A stretch of 63,034 nt of DNA, counting the filler, from Cercozoa sp. M6MM (Eukaryota; Protista; Endomyxa: Ascetosporea), in NCBI GenBank assembly GCA_040357565.1. It is 13 parts of 13 records of this genome, joined end to end, with 100 filler letters (N's around TTAATTAATTAA, not from the genome) between each part and the next. Parts side by side here need not be neighbours in the genome. Positions count along the whole stretch, not along the records: positions 1 to 3,330 come from JBDODJ010001499.1; positions 3,431 to 11,097 come from JBDODJ010000605.1; positions 11,198 to 14,760 come from JBDODJ010001400.1; 10 more parts are not named here. One strand, written 5' to 3'. Shown here one piece after another: positions 1 through 14,860 of this stretch. A program made the position numbers and the translations under genes. Numbering within the stretch: position 1 is the stretch's first letter; every line of letters starts with the position of its first letter. The notes beneath the pieces were generated by a model, which saw only the letters and a program-made list of their open reading frames with translations, was not told the DNA's origin and made no database searches.

Positions 1-60
1 ACACCCTTTGATGCCTCCTTTCTTGCTCCGTTCTTCTTATCCCCCTCCCCCCTCGTGCAG

Positions 61-1682
61 CGATTTTTGTGACGCGTCAGGTCGAGATGACAAACGTGCT
101 GCTGGGCTACGAGCAGGCCAACAAGTACACGCTGTTCGACAGTTCGCAGCAGTGCATTGGCTACATTGTATACCTGCCCATATGTACTTGTTCATATGTA
201 CTTGTCCGTATGTACCTGTCGATATGTACTTGTATGTACCTGTAAGTATGTACGTGTACATACCTCTGTGTACTAGTGTACCTGGGTGTATGACAGGTCG
301 AAGAAAGCTCTGGCTTCTGGTCTGCTGTGAAGCGTAATGTGCTGCGCACGCACCGTGCCACACGTGCCAAGGTACTGTCGCCATCGGGTGAGCACGTGTT
401 CACTGTGCGACGCGATCTACACCTCATGTCGTCCACCACTGTCGTCGAAACACCCGAGGTAGCCTCTCTGGGGGGTAGTCAACTGGGGGGGGGGCAGACT
501 GAGGGATATGCAGGGCCAAGAGTTCGGCCGCATCGAGATGGACTGGCACCTGTGGCGCCGACGCTACAACCTGTATCTGGGTGACACGCACTTTGGTCGC
601 GTCGACGGCGGCTTCCTGGACTGGTCCTTTGCCGCCAGGGACGCCAAGTCCGACACACTCGCCGTCGTCGATCGCAACTTTGCCGGGTGGTATGGATACT
701 ATCTGGGGGTAAGGGGGTAAGGGAGGTAAAGAGTAGGTAGAGAGGGGTAAAGAGGGGGGTTAGTTGGGTGGCTATAGGGGTAGAGAACTTCTGGCCGATG
801 CCGGCAAGTACGCCATCCACTTCCGCGACGTTCAGGTCTCTGACAATGCCGAGGTGCAGGTAGTCTGTTCTCTTTTTACCCCCCCCCCCCCCCCATTTAC
901 CCCATTTACCCCGTATTTGTAGCACGAGATGAAGCGACATTTGTTGTTGGACACTGGCGTGCAGGTCGATAAGAAGAATGGTACTCGGGGGATAAAGGGG
1001 TGTGGGGATATATTGATATCTGCCTGTAGACACGAAGGCAGATAGTGTAGCCACTACACGGACAGTTCCGGCCACTCGGACGAGTGAGCAGCAGGACCCG
1101 TTTGCCGGTCTGACACTGCAGAACGATGCGCCGATTGTCTCGGTGGCCAGTGAGCAGATCCGCGGTCGGCCGCTGTTGTTGGACGAACGCGCCGTCTTGC
1201 TGGCGCTCGCTATCTCCGTTGACGTATTGGCCCCTCTCTCCCTGTCCTTTCCATCACCCCTTTTACGTTCCCCTCCTCTTTAACCTTCCCCTCCCCTTTA
1301 TCCTTTCCCTCCTCTTTATCCTTCCCCTCCTCTTTAACCTTCCCCTCCTCTTTAACCTTCTGCCCCTTTTAATTTCCGTCCCTTGAACCTCCCTCCCCTG
1401 AGCAGTTCGACTACTACTCGCGCAAGGACGGCGGCCTGATGCCGATGTTCATCCCGATCCCTGGCGCCAGTACGGACGAGGTCGCCGAGGACGGTGTTGC
1501 TGTCGGTGTTGGCACTGCGGCCGCCGGTGCTGCCTCGGCCGGTGTCTCGGGAGCTGCCTCTGACCTGGACTACTCGCTACAGGAGTCGCCTGCTGCCTCG
1601 CCGACCGACGATGCGACTGCCGCTGCTGCCCAAGGGTCGGACGGCCAGTTCTGGTCGCAGGATGACAGTACGCTCTCTCCCT

Positions 1683-1781
<99 letters not shown>

Positions 1782-1994
1782 TCCTGGACCCTCGTAGTGA
1801 ACTCCGGCTCTAACAATGGCTCTGGCGACGGTTTCTGGAGCGACGCCGATATGGACGGCGAACGCGAAGGTCTGACGGAAGGTGCCGCCGAAAGTCTGGG
1901 CGAAAGTCTGGGCGATGCCGTCGAGGGTGGCAGCAGCATGTTTGGCATGCTTGGCGACTTCGTCTCGACCGTTGGTGACTTCGTCGATCCTTGA
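61..1994 (+). CDS. Phospholipid scramblase family protein (Aim25-like), multi-exon, 5' truncated
   Basis: Spliced exons give IFVTRQVEMTNVLLGYEQANKY..IGYIVEE..RNVLRTHR..FGRIEMDWHLWRRRYNLY..FGRVDGGFLDWSF..VDRNFAGWGRELLADAGKYAIHF..LDERAVLLALAISVDFDYYSR, all scramblase motifs. Stop TGA at 1992-1994. Confidence 0.9.
1684..1773. repeat. (CA)n microsatellite in a scramblase intron
   Basis: Direct reading. Similar (CA/TG)n tracts near 18578, 22362, 25191, 25862, 43751, 45316, 47379, 56770 and 62995. Confidence 0.99.
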
Positions 1995-1999
1995 TTAAT

Positions 2000-3300
2000 G
2001 AACGTAGCAAAAGACTGCGTTTTGCCCTAGTTCGCCCCGTGTATCCGCGGAAGCCACCCTATAACTTACAAAAAATCAAGAGAGTCGTGGAAGATTTTGA
2101 CGTGTGTTCGCTGGGAAGCCCCGAGCACGCGTTTGCAGCTGAACTCGAAGAAGGGCTCTGTCTCTCTGTCTCGAACAGAGCCCTTGCTTTTGCCCACTTC
2201 ACGCCAACTCACGTACTTCTGAACCACAAAGAAGCAGAAAGATCCTAGGCAGGATTATCAGGACAAGGAACAGACCCTGAGAACACGAAACGTGGTCGAT
2301 ACGGAAGACAGATGCTGAACACCACAAGCACAAGTGGCTCCAACTAATACGTGACCTCTCGAACAGAGCAGAAATACAACAAACATACGCAGCTGACGGC
2401 AGCCTCGCAGAGGCGAACCTGGCTATGGCTGGATCAGAGAAACCGGTTAATGGAAGATTGAGATTTGGCAACGGCAAGATCACCAACGCGACTGTCTATG
2501 ATGCAGTTGCCATAATGCAATGTATCAAACATGCTAAAGGAAACGGCGAAACCCTTATCGCACTGACAAAAAGGACATGCACATCACGGCGCATTGGTAC
2601 CGTCTCCATCAACGTTCATCCCAACAAACTCGCAGACAAAAGAAGCAAAGAAAGGAAGGAACTATTACAACAGGAGAAACTGGATCAAAGGAAAATTGAA
2701 AAAACAAATGCGAAACAGCGACAACGCCCTCCCAGAAGGGCTAGAGTTAGAGTTCTTGATATAGTTTGGAGACTTCAACAGGGAGCTGTATGGTCCTACC
2801 CTAAGCGTGCGCTAGGCACGGCCATGCTCTTGTGGCCCACCCCAGACAGGTGCAGGGAACTACTTAGTTGGTTTCCTAGAAGACTCAACGAACTAACTAA
2901 AATTAGTGTTTTGAAGAAATTGGATGACATTCTTGGCTGCAAGAACCGTATTTGTGCTCGGCTGTATGCGGATAATATTTTTAGTACTGCACGATTCTAA
3001 ATTACTCACTCGGCTTTGTGCCTGACGGGTGATCTTCGACTTCTTCTGGGTCCAGTGATCCTGCCAACAATTTATATAACGGAGTCGCCGCAGTGGATTA
3101 AACTAGCGTACCGCTTGGAACCTTCGGGGGTCCAACTGCCTGAAGGCTCGTGTTGTTCGACACGAGAGCGGTCGCAAAAAACAATGCTCGCATTTCAGTT
3201 TTGAATTCTCGCATTTCAGTTTTGAATTCTACGTTCAAACAGAACATTAAAACTGCTTCTGGATATTGTGGCATAGACAAGACAATAAGTTTATAGTTTA
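2000..3300 (+). mobile_element. Degenerate non-LTR retrotransposon (LINE) fragment with an RNase H-like domain
   Basis: Intronless and A-rich on the sense strand. The frame of ORF 2425-3000 is open from about 2281 and reads TYAADGS..ATVYDAVAIMQCIKHA..HPNKLADKRSKE, resembling LINE RNase H motifs (YTDGS; AELxAIxxAL; GNExADxxAK). Upstream stops suggest decay. Confidence 0.5.
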
Positions 3301-3330
3301 TAGTACCGTTGGTCGACTCTTTGAGTCCTT

Positions 3331-3430
3331 NNNNNNNNNNNNNNNNNNNNNNNNNNNNNNNNNNNNNNNNNNNNTTAATTAATTAANNNNNNNNNNNNNN
3401 NNNNNNNNNNNNNNNNNNNNNNNNNNNNNN
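3331..3430. other. Artificial contig spacer N44-TTAATTAATTAA-N44. Same spacer at 11098, 14761, 18745, 22407, 25957, 30721, 40567, 45415, 47175, 48289 and 56810
   Basis: Identical 100-nt spacer with stops in all six frames; genes are truncated at each copy. Confidence 0.98.
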
Positions 3431-6231
3431 GGGGGGGGGGTAAGGGGTAAACAAAGGGTCGCAGACAGAGGGAACAAAGCTGCGCTACAAGTGGAACTTG
3501 AGCGAGTCCGTGAAGAAGACGCGAATCGAGTTGTCACTACACATGTTCATCCATGAGACACAACACTCGGGAAGAGGTATCAAATGACTAGAGTACAGGG
3601 TAGACGCAGCTATGTACTTGGGGTCGCCTTGTCTCTGCATCACACCCATGTATGATTCCGCCATGTAGATGTAGATGTACACTAGGTGGACTAAACAAAC
3701 AAAAGACAGAACACACCTCCTGCGAGTAGCGCACGCACAGCACGTCGTGCTCGAGTTCGAGCGTCTGCACGTGCTCCAGTTGCAGCACACCGTCCTGCAG
3801 CGTCAGGTCGAAGCACTTGAGCTTGCCGTCGCCGCCACCCTGCATGTGCGCACATGCTTGATTCCATATTCGGTACCATACTTGGTGTCATACTGGGTGC
3901 CATACTGATACATTGGCACACTGAATCTGAGTCGGAAAGTACCGTAGCCAGACCGGCACCGTCACGTCGCACGTCAAGCGACCACACGGGACCGTCATGC
4001 GCCGTCAATGTCTGCACCAGTGCGGCCGCACCCAGCTCGAACAGCAGCAGTGTGCCCTCTGGGGGAAGGGGGTAAGACTAATGCAGGGCCTCGAACCAAA
4101 TAAGGGTAGGGCAGTACCCTTGGTGCCAATAACGACGTGCCGACCACCGGGAAGGAAGGCAGCGCACAGTGCCGGCGCCGGAAGCAACAACGTGCGTACG
4201 CACTTGCGCGAGGCGACATTCCAGACCTTGGCGCTGTCGTTGGCGGCCGACAGCAGCGCCGAGGCGTCGGCGTTGAGAGCCACGACACGAGGGACGGACC
4301 GGTGGCCTGGCAGGTCCACCTTGGCCAGTTCGACCAGAGGGACGGTCTGCCACTCATCCGACGAGTCGCCTTCCACACGATGCGTGAACAGCGACACCGT
4401 GTTGTCCACCGTCGCGATCAGTAGGGTGTTGCGGTGGCACGAGAAGGACGATACCTGGGGGGTGGTCGATTAAGGGAGGTCAAGACAAGAATCACATCAA
4501 AAGGGATGCTTGGACAGATATCGGGGCACCTTGGCGGACACACGAAGCATGGGCATTCGCTTGAGCATCATGCCTGTGCGAGTGCATATTAAAATTGATA
4601 AATACAAGACGGTTAGAGATCTAAGGTGGCACACCTGCAGTGACGGTGTGCATCTCGGTGGACGGTGCTTCACTACCGTCCGTTGCCGTCTCGTCCTGCT
4701 TGGCCTTGTGGCGCGTGCGACGACGCCGCAGCGCCTGGCGCAGCTCCTGATCGTTGCGCACCTGCAGCACCTCGATCTGCTTGTCCGCCGACTGCGCCAG
4801 CAGCACGCGGCCTCCTCTCTGACAACCACATCCCTTTGTGTCTACACACACACACACTTACAGAGTACAGTGTGACAGGGCAAGTACAGCGAACTGGACG
4901 GACACGACGCGCTTGCTGGAGCGACGCATCACACCAATGTCTGCCAGCGGGAGGACGGGGGTAAGACTAAGTAGGACAGTGGCGGAGGGGTCAAGTCACT
5001 GGGTGTACCGCCCACAAGTCGCACAATCTGCACATCGACGTCGTCCGTGTCCTGCATCTCGTCCTTTTTCTCGTCGTCCTGGTCGCTTGGGGCTGTTGCG
5101 CGTGTGTACATGCCCTTGCCGGAGGGAACGACTTCCCACAGGCGCAACTCCTGGTCGGCACCACCCTGGGACACGCAAACAGCGATAGGTAAACAGCGAT
5201 AGCCTGAGGAAGAAGGACGCACCGTGGCGAGCAGGCGTCGCTGCGGACAGTAGGCGAGCGACCACACGGGCTGCGCGTGTGCCACGCGTGTCTGGACGCA
5301 GAGACGCGACGACAGGTGCCACACCTTGAGGAAGGTGTCCTTGCTGCACGACACGAGGTACTCGTCGTGCGACCCCTCCTCTTCCTGACAGAGAGAAACA
5401 AGCACAGGCCACATTGGAAGGCAAGGTGTGTAGACAGACAGTGTATAGACAGACAGTGTAGACAGATAGGTAGGCCTACCTCATCCCCCGCAACAAGGGC
5501 AGGGATGTGTGCGAGTCCAGTGACACCGTTCGAGTGACCTTTCAGGCGGTACAAACCCTGTCCTCCAAGGTACACACACAACATACATGTTGACACAAGT
5601 GACACAAGTGACATAGACACATAGACACCTGATTGGCCACGACGTCCCAGCACACAATGTCCGAGTCAGCACCGCCCGAAAAGACGCGTTCGCGACCGAC
5701 GAAAACAAGCGTGTCCACGCTGCTGCGGTGTGCCTTGTACCTGTACACATATAACTTACACACAGGCACACAAAGCACATGACACAGACACAGACTAGAC
5801 AGCAAGGTACGAGCAGACAGGCACGACCTCGGTTTGTGTCATGTTATCGTCGTTCTTGTATTGTGACAGGTCGTACACGCGCACGTGACCACCTTCGTCG
5901 CCAGCTGCCACCAGGAGACCCTGTCGCGACACGGCCAGACTGCGCACGGTCCTCTCGCCGCCTTGCAGCGTGAGCAAAGCGACGCCCTTTCGCACGTCCC
6001 ACACCACCACGTCCTCGCACGAGGCACACAGTGCCCAGTGCCCTGCACATACGTACACCATGCATCACGAGTGTGAGAGGCAAAGACAACACTGGAGTGA
6101 CACTGCAGCGACAAAAAGAGAAGCATGCATATACCGCCCTGGCATAGCAGAACCGGTGCCGCCGCCGAGTTGATCACGCCCAGACGCGATTTCGCGACAT
6201 ACTGAAAGTATGACTTCGCGAGCTGCGACAT
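3431..6231 (-). CDS. WDR3: WD-repeat protein 3 / Utp12 / Dip2 (SSU processome), 3' truncated by the spacer
   Basis: MSQLAKSYFQYVAKSRLGVINS; SGGADSDIVCWDVV; GLYRLKGH; LVSCSKDTFLKVW; DLPGHRSVPR; AHDGPVWSL; TLELEHDVLCVRYS; DNSIRVFFTDSLKF. Confidence 0.92.
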
Positions 6232-6389
6232 TTCGGCACTAAGACTCAGTCGCACACGTGTGTTGTTAGCCGCGTTGCGTCTAGGACACTACTTTATTTT
6301 GTTCATTCCGATCAGCGCTCCAGAACTGACCAACTCAGTGATGTGTTGGGTGCTGTACATAGCTTTTTTGAACTCAGTTCTGCACTGAG
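6232..6389. promoter_or_regulatory. Compact bidirectional promoter between WDR3 and MED31
   Basis: 158 bp between divergent start codons; function is inferred from position. Confidence 0.6.
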
Positions 6390-7298
6390 ATGCCTACACA
6401 AAAACTAGATGCCGATGCTGAGAGAAAGTGGCGGCGGTTTGTGACCGATGAAAAGTAAGAGTGCTTTTTTGCTGGTGTATGATGTGTGAGGTGTGTCTTT
6501 GAACAGATGTCAGAATTCGCGTTTTTCGATGGAGCTTGAGTTTATGTCACTCTTGGCGAATCCGCGCTACCTGCACCGTACGCAGTCTTGCAGCTTCCGT
6601 TGTTCTGCTACAGTCGAGGTGCTGTGTTGTGTGCAGACCTGGCAGTTTCTGGCACACTGGATGACGAGCGCTTCTTGCGTTTCTTGCGATATTTGGAGTA
6701 CTGGCGGCGGCCAGAGTACGCGTGTTTTGTGCGACATGCACATGCCTTCCACTTTCTGACGTTGCTGTTGGAGTCGCGTGCCTTTCGCTTGCAGTTGCGG
6801 TAGCAGTGTGTCATTTGCCCCCTCCCCTGCAACCCATGCTACGCCTTGGTGTGTGTATGTGATCCCAGGGACGAGAACTTTGTCGAGCAACTGCACCAAA
6901 CGCAGTACTTTCACTGGCGCGACAATGCCACGCAGCAGCACACGCTGCTCAAGCAGCGGCAGGAGCAGAAGCAGGAGCAGCAGCGAGAGGAGCAGGCTGC
7001 TGCCTCTGTTTCAAGCACTCTCGGCAAGAGCAAGACTGGCCTGCTGCGCGTCACCACCATTGAACAGGAGGCCGCACTGCAGCGCGAACAGCAACTGCGC
7101 GCCAAGGAGGCACTCGCACAGCAGTATCTTTCTTCTCCCCGGCTTCTGCTTCTGTCTTCTTAATGTCTGTGTGCTTGCAGGAAACGCGAGCAGGCTCAGC
7201 CGGAGGCACGCGTGATGCCAGCTCTCCCGCAGGTACGCACTGCCAACGAACTTGCGCTGCACGCCGAGCACCGCATGCTGCGCCGCCAACGGCACTAA
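6390..7298 (+). CDS. MED31: Mediator subunit 31 (SOH1) with a Q/E-rich C-terminal extension
   Basis: RFSMELEFMSLLANPRYLHHLA..LDDERFLRFLRYLEYWRRPEYACFVRHAHAFHFLTLL..FRLQL..QYFHW, spread over 5 exons. Confidence 0.93.
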
Positions 7299-7574
7299 AT
7301 GAAAATATATAAATTAGTCTGTTACTCGGCTTACTAAGTTTACTTGCTCCGCGTGGAAGCACATCTGGGTCATGCCAAAAAGAACTAGCTTGGCATACCC
7401 TGTGTTTGGTAGAGTGTTTCAAGGATAATTGCAGCGGGTGCTTAACTTTTAAAATTAGATCCCTTGCGTTGCGAACGATTTTACGCGACGTCATCGCATG
7501 CCAACATGCGGCGATGAGTCCCTGTCACCGGGCATCCGGAACCCAGTGGCCCAGGAAGCCGGAACCGGTGAGGT

Positions 7575-8038
7575 ATGATACAAACTCTGTGTTGTTTGAG
7601 CCTATACACGTTTGACACTTGGATTTTAGTTGCTTGGAGGGAACGGATGGAATACCATACAACGATGCTTCTCGGTGTTTTTGCCACGCTCGGCCTAATG
7701 TTTGCCCAATGGGGACTGCCCGGTACCTCTTTGCTTTTGTTGGCCAATACCGGAGCCCTTTCTGGACTCTAAAATCAATTTACTGTCGGTAGGCTTGGCT
7801 GGCGTCATTCATCCAGTGTTGCAGAAACAAGCTGCCACCACAACGGGCCTTTTTGCTGGTAAATATGCCTTTGGCCTGAATGGGTCGGGAGTCCAATGAA
7901 ACATCAGTTTTATCCATAGCCTCGGCTCGCATGGCCCATCCGTCCCTGCAGAGTATTGCTGATGCTGGTGTTTCTACCGCCACTTGTCTTATCACGATCC
8001 TTGCTTTCGTGTTTGGAGCACTCCGATTGATTCCCTAG
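7575..8038 (+). CDS. Small hypothetical membrane protein (spliced; boundaries uncertain)
   Basis: Hydrophobic exon segments (TTMLLGVFATLGLMFAQW; ATCLITILAFVFGALRLIP*). Confidence 0.35.
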
Positions 8039-8211
8039 CTGGGTAACGACTAAACCGGTTTAGGGTCGGGTTTGTTTTAACATAAAACCACGGTTATTTA
8101 CATTTGAAACACCGAGCGCTGTTTCGGCACACTGCCGTGCAGCCATTTTAATACTGTTAGATGTCAGTTGTCGCACGGCAACTCACCGCAGCCGTTTTAT
8201 TTAACCGGTGT

Positions 8212-9380
8212 GATGGAAGAGCTGCTCGCTGAACCCTTGCTGCCCCGGTTCAAGAATGACTCGGAATTAGACGCTGGCGTAACCCAAAGCGAAACAAGTA
8301 CACAAACCAAGGACACTGACAGTAGCATCGGTAGCGAACTGCTGCCTCTCGCACAGGAGGACATTGAATCGCGCTCGAAAGAGAGCTTGATCGTACGCAA
8401 ACTTCATTCGTCTTTTTAGTAGGTTTGTAAAGCTGAGTGAGGTGTTGGCAGACACAGCATACCTCACACCCAAGATACGTCAGGTACGTGTTTGGTGAAC
8501 AAGAGCGGCACCCGTACCTGAGCAAGTGTTGCTGTCTCTGCTGGACGGTAAGATTGTTCTTACTTTAATCCAAGCATCATTTTATAGAATTTATGTGGGC
8601 AAGTGCAGTGTTCGTGGTGGCTGTTCTTTGGTTCGCTAGGGTACATTTTTGCGCGATGGGCACTGCCAGGTACTGGACATATCCTTTACATTGACAGCAC
8701 TTAGCACACCCGAGCACAGTCTGTCCTTATGCGCAGCTTTGTCAAGGAAGACAGCACCATGGGTGATGCGACACTTTTGCAATGGCCAGTGCCCTTCAGG
8801 TGGGTGGATTGCCATGTGGCAGAGGGTGGGTGCCAAAGGCACCGGCCTTGCTGCACGCGCATTCTGGGTCCTTGCTTTCATCGTGCTTTTCGAGATGTGC
8901 ACTTCGCTTTGCACACGCGTCTACTTCCGGTCAGTCTCCGTGTGTGCAAGTTCAGTGTTGTTTGCCTGTTTCGCGGATTATCGTCTTTCGTTTCACGCTC
9001 GCAGAAATCGACAACAACGAATCAAATCTCGCACGCCAAGCAGCGACAGTCACGATGACACTGGAATGACAACCCGCGATGACTCGGAGGAAGACGATCG
9101 ACTAGTGGCTATGCCCTCAACCACAATGGAAATTGCACACAACGTGCATGCGCCAAGCAACGTACATTCAGATACATTGATGAGAAAGCTGTATCCATTT
9201 TGGTAACACAGTCACACATCGTCACCGAAGCAGAGCAACATGGTGAGGAAAAACAAAACAACCCAAAACACATCGATACTCGCTTTGCAGTCTTAGGACC
9301 CATGAAAAGACTTGAAAGGCATCTAAAGAATAGTGAGGACTCCCATACACTCACTGACGACCTGTCTGACCGTGGATAAT
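8212..9380 (+). CDS. Hypothetical membrane protein, multi-exon
   Basis: MEELLAEPLL start, spliceable exons, TM-like WWLFFGSLGYIFARW and AFWVLAFIVLFEM. Confidence 0.45.
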
Positions 9381-9457
9381 TCAGTCGGAGTGCCGCATGA
9401 ACTGTTATTTTGACACAAAATAAAAAATACGAAAATTTGCTTTCTGCTACGTTGAAG

Positions 9458-10351
9458 ATGGTGAGTGCAGCCCTGCGTGTTCTAGAGGCTGGTGCTATTG
9501 CGCTGGCGTCACTGCGCGCCTCATAGTCGAAATTCCGCGTTTGGCCCGCTGGCCTAGCGCTTCGGCATGCGGCACAATTGCACACTGTTGGGCTGGTGAT
9601 ACTGGTGTGAACATGCTGGAACGCTGTCTCGCTGAGTTGAACCAGCCGGCAGTGTTTCGTGATCCGTGAGGCGCGTGTTGTGACTCACAGCACAGCGGAA
9701 ACATGGTCATGAGGTTCAGCAGCACGACAGATGTCGTGATTTGGCCTGACTGTGTTTTATGTTGAGCGCTTTTGCCGCTGATTTGGCCTGGCCGAGCAGC
9801 ATTGCTGTTGCGTTTGCGCTGTGATGTGTTTCTGCGCTTTTGTGCCCATGGAAGGACTGGTTTCTAAAATGGTGTGTGTGTGTGTTGGTTTCGTAGTCGT
9901 CCTTCCGCAAGTACTACTACCGCGGCGTTGAGTCCAAGGACCTGCCGGCCGTGTCGCACCGCGACCTCGTCAAGATGGTCCACTCGCGTGTGCGCCGCAA
10001 GTTCACGCGCGGTCTCGGCGAGGACTGCCTCAAGCTGCTGAAGCGCATTCGCAAGGCCGCCAAGGAGGCCACCCCGGGTGAGAAGCCGAAGCTCGTCAAG
10101 ACGCACCTCCGCAACATGGTTGTCATGCCGGAGATGATCGGCGCCCAGCTCGGTATCCCGTCCTCTTTCACTTTATTGTGCGAGCCATGCGATGACAACA
10201 CACAGGCATCTACAACGGCCGCGGTTTCGTGTACGTTGAGGTCAAGCCGGACATGTGCGGCCGCTACCTCGGCGAGTTCGCCATCACGTACAAGCCGACG
10301 TCGCAGCGCCGCGGTACGGCCATCGGCGACGTGACCTACGTGGCCCTCTAA
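9458..10351 (+). CDS. RPS15: 40S ribosomal protein S15 (uS19)
   Basis: ATG|GTGAGT intron 9461-9896, then [29 protein letters not shown]|[27 protein letters not shown]. Confidence 0.96.
9705..9788 (+). ncRNA. Candidate intronic box C/D snoRNA
   Basis: C-like ATGAGG 9709, D' CTGA 9746, C' ATGTTGA 9759, guide GCGCTTTTGCC 9766-9776, D CTGA 9778; lies in an unusually long RPS15 intron. Confidence 0.55.
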
Positions 10352-10810
10352 GTGTGCTCAACAACACTTTTTGAAACGCCAACCGCAAGCTTGTAGAGTT
10401 AGTAGTACCTGCAAGACAACTTTGACAAGTATGTAGATGCAATTCATGAATATCCCGGGGCTTCTGTCCACTACTCAGTCCCCCGCCTTTGGTCAACGCC
10501 AATGAGCCGAGGCAGGTTCCAAATTGGAGAAGTGCGCGTCGTTCTGGCTCACTTTCTGACCACTTGCCGCATCAATGATACGGCGGATAGCGGCACGTTA
10601 AATATCGTTGATTCTTCTTTGTTTAAACGTGCCGGCCATTTGTTGCTTCATGACGTATCTCCCGGGTTTTCGTATAGTTCAGTTCACGTCAGTTTTAACT
10701 TCCGCACTTCACGCAAACGAGCAAACCAACAAACAGAGCCCTACCACAGTCTGCCTGTACTCACTGAAACGTTCGATTCATCCGACATCTAGAAAAGACT
10801 CGACCGGACT

Positions 10811-11043
10811 TAAGACACAGCGTGCCGGTCGTCGTCCATGTTGTGAGCGAGCTGCACGTCGAACGTCACAGCGCCTACCGCACGATTACACAAACAAGGT
10901 TGTCCTGAAGAGACAGAGAGAGAAATCGCAACCGCGCGGAAGAGGGGTACCCATCTCAACATCGTCGAGCAACAGGTGCTCGCCGTCGAGTCGGTGCGGG
11001 AACACGTGGCGCATCAGTCGCTCGTACAGTACCGTACCCACCT
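10811..11043 (-). CDS. Last two exons of a hypothetical protein (5' part lost at the spacer)
   Basis: VGTVLYERLMRHVFPHRLDGEHLLLDDVEM|GQPCLCNRAV..HAVS*. Confidence 0.45.
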
Positions 11044-11197
11044 GGGATGTACGGAGTACGGGGTTAAAGGGTAAGTAGGTCCTAGGGGGGGGGGGGGNNN
11101 NNNNNNNNNNNNNNNNNNNNNNNNNNNNNNNNNNNNNNNNNTTAATTAATTAANNNNNNNNNNNNNNNNNNNNNNNNNNNNNNNNNNNNNNNNNNNN

Positions 11198-13514
<2,317 letters not shown>

Positions 13515-14083
13515 CACGCTGGCGACGCGTTTCTCAGCAAATGAAACAGAAACCAAATGTTTCTTGTCTCCCGCACGCGGTGCCTAAATCGCGCTTATGA
13601 CGCACTTTTGGGTGTAAAACACCCACTGCTGCGCGTGCGAGACCCGATGGGTCGATCAAGTGAGAAAACACAACTCTGGAGCTCCGGATGACGAACTTCA
13701 AGATTCATAAAAGAAGTTTGACAGGGCTTTAGACACATTGGACGGCATTAGCATTGTGTGAGAGCACTCGTAGCTGGCACATACTTGTTTAAAACCTGTT
13801 TCATGACGTTTCATTTCGATCAGCGCAATTAAAAAAAAAACAAGAATCCCTGATAGTGTCATGCCCCGGTGCTTCAGTGATGCCTTTGGGGGCGTGTTGT
13901 CGCATCCGCACGTGACTCAGTTTAGCAAGTTGTCCACGAGCCGCGAATGTGACGTGACGTGAGTACGAGAAGTCCTCCGGGCTGAAACTGATCGTGGTCT
14001 GAAATGAATCGGATAGCGATCACGACTGATAGCGATCGCGGCTGATAGCGATCATCGTGGTTAGTTTGAGTGTTCTGGTCAGC

Positions 14084-14525
14084 TCAGCCGCCGTAGAGCT
14101 GCACATGGCAGTCGGCGCCGCCGGTAGCCACCACATTCTTGGTGGGGTGGTAACGCGCGCAGTGTATCACCTCGTCGTACTTGCCCTACAAAAAACCACA
14201 ATGATCTTACCTGCCCTTCCTACCGGTTGACCTGTTTGGTACCATGTGCGACGAGATGTCCTGCAGGCAGGCACGCGTGCGCATGTCCCAGTAGCGCAGC
14301 GAGCCATCGTGCGCGCACGAGACGTAGGCGTCGCCGGTCGGCGAGACGTCGATGCCTGTCACCTGCACACCCAGAGGTAAGGAGGTAAATGGGGGGGGGG
14401 TAAGGTACCGTGGCCGTGTGGGCACGTGCGACATGCACGGCGCGACTGCTGCGCGCGTCAAAGATTCGCACGAAACCGTCGCTGCACGCCGTCAGCAGCA
14501 CGTGCGGCTGCTCCTTGTGCGCCAC
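14084..14525 (-). CDS. STRN: Striatin-family WD40 protein, C-terminal exons
   Basis: LLTACSDGFVRIFD..AH..VTGIDVSPTG..SCAHDGSLRYWD..CLQDISSH|KYDEVIHCARYHPTK..ATGGAD aligns with the striatin C-terminus. Confidence 0.75.
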
Positions 14526-14860
14526 TGTGGGGGAGGGGTAAAGGTATATAGGGGTAGGTTTATAGGAGTATATGGGGGTATTATATGGGGGATAAACAGG
14601 GGTATATGGGGGATAAACAGGGGTATATAGGTGGGTAAACAGGGGGGTATATAGGGGGGTAACAGGGGGGGTATATAGGGGGTATATGGGGGTAAACCGG
14701 GGTATATGGGGGTAGGTTTATAGGAGTATCTGAGTATATGGGGGTATATGGGGGGGGGGGNNNNNNNNNNNNNNNNNNNNNNNNNNNNNNNNNNNNNNNN
14801 NNNNTTAATTAATTAANNNNNNNNNNNNNNNNNNNNNNNNNNNNNNNNNNNNNNNNNNNN

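Noticed and set aside
1449-1948. Poly-HT / poly-CV ORFs (also SL, YI and FF ORFs elsewhere)
   Set aside because: Translations of intronic microsatellites.
3375-3386. TTAATTAATTAA palindrome recurring 12 times as a biological motif
   Set aside because: Always centred in N44 runs; it is an assembly linker.
9869-9896. Alternative RPS15 start ATG with a 25-nt intron
   Set aside because: Shorter than any supported intron here; ATG|GTGAGT at 9458 after a pyrimidine-rich leader fits better.
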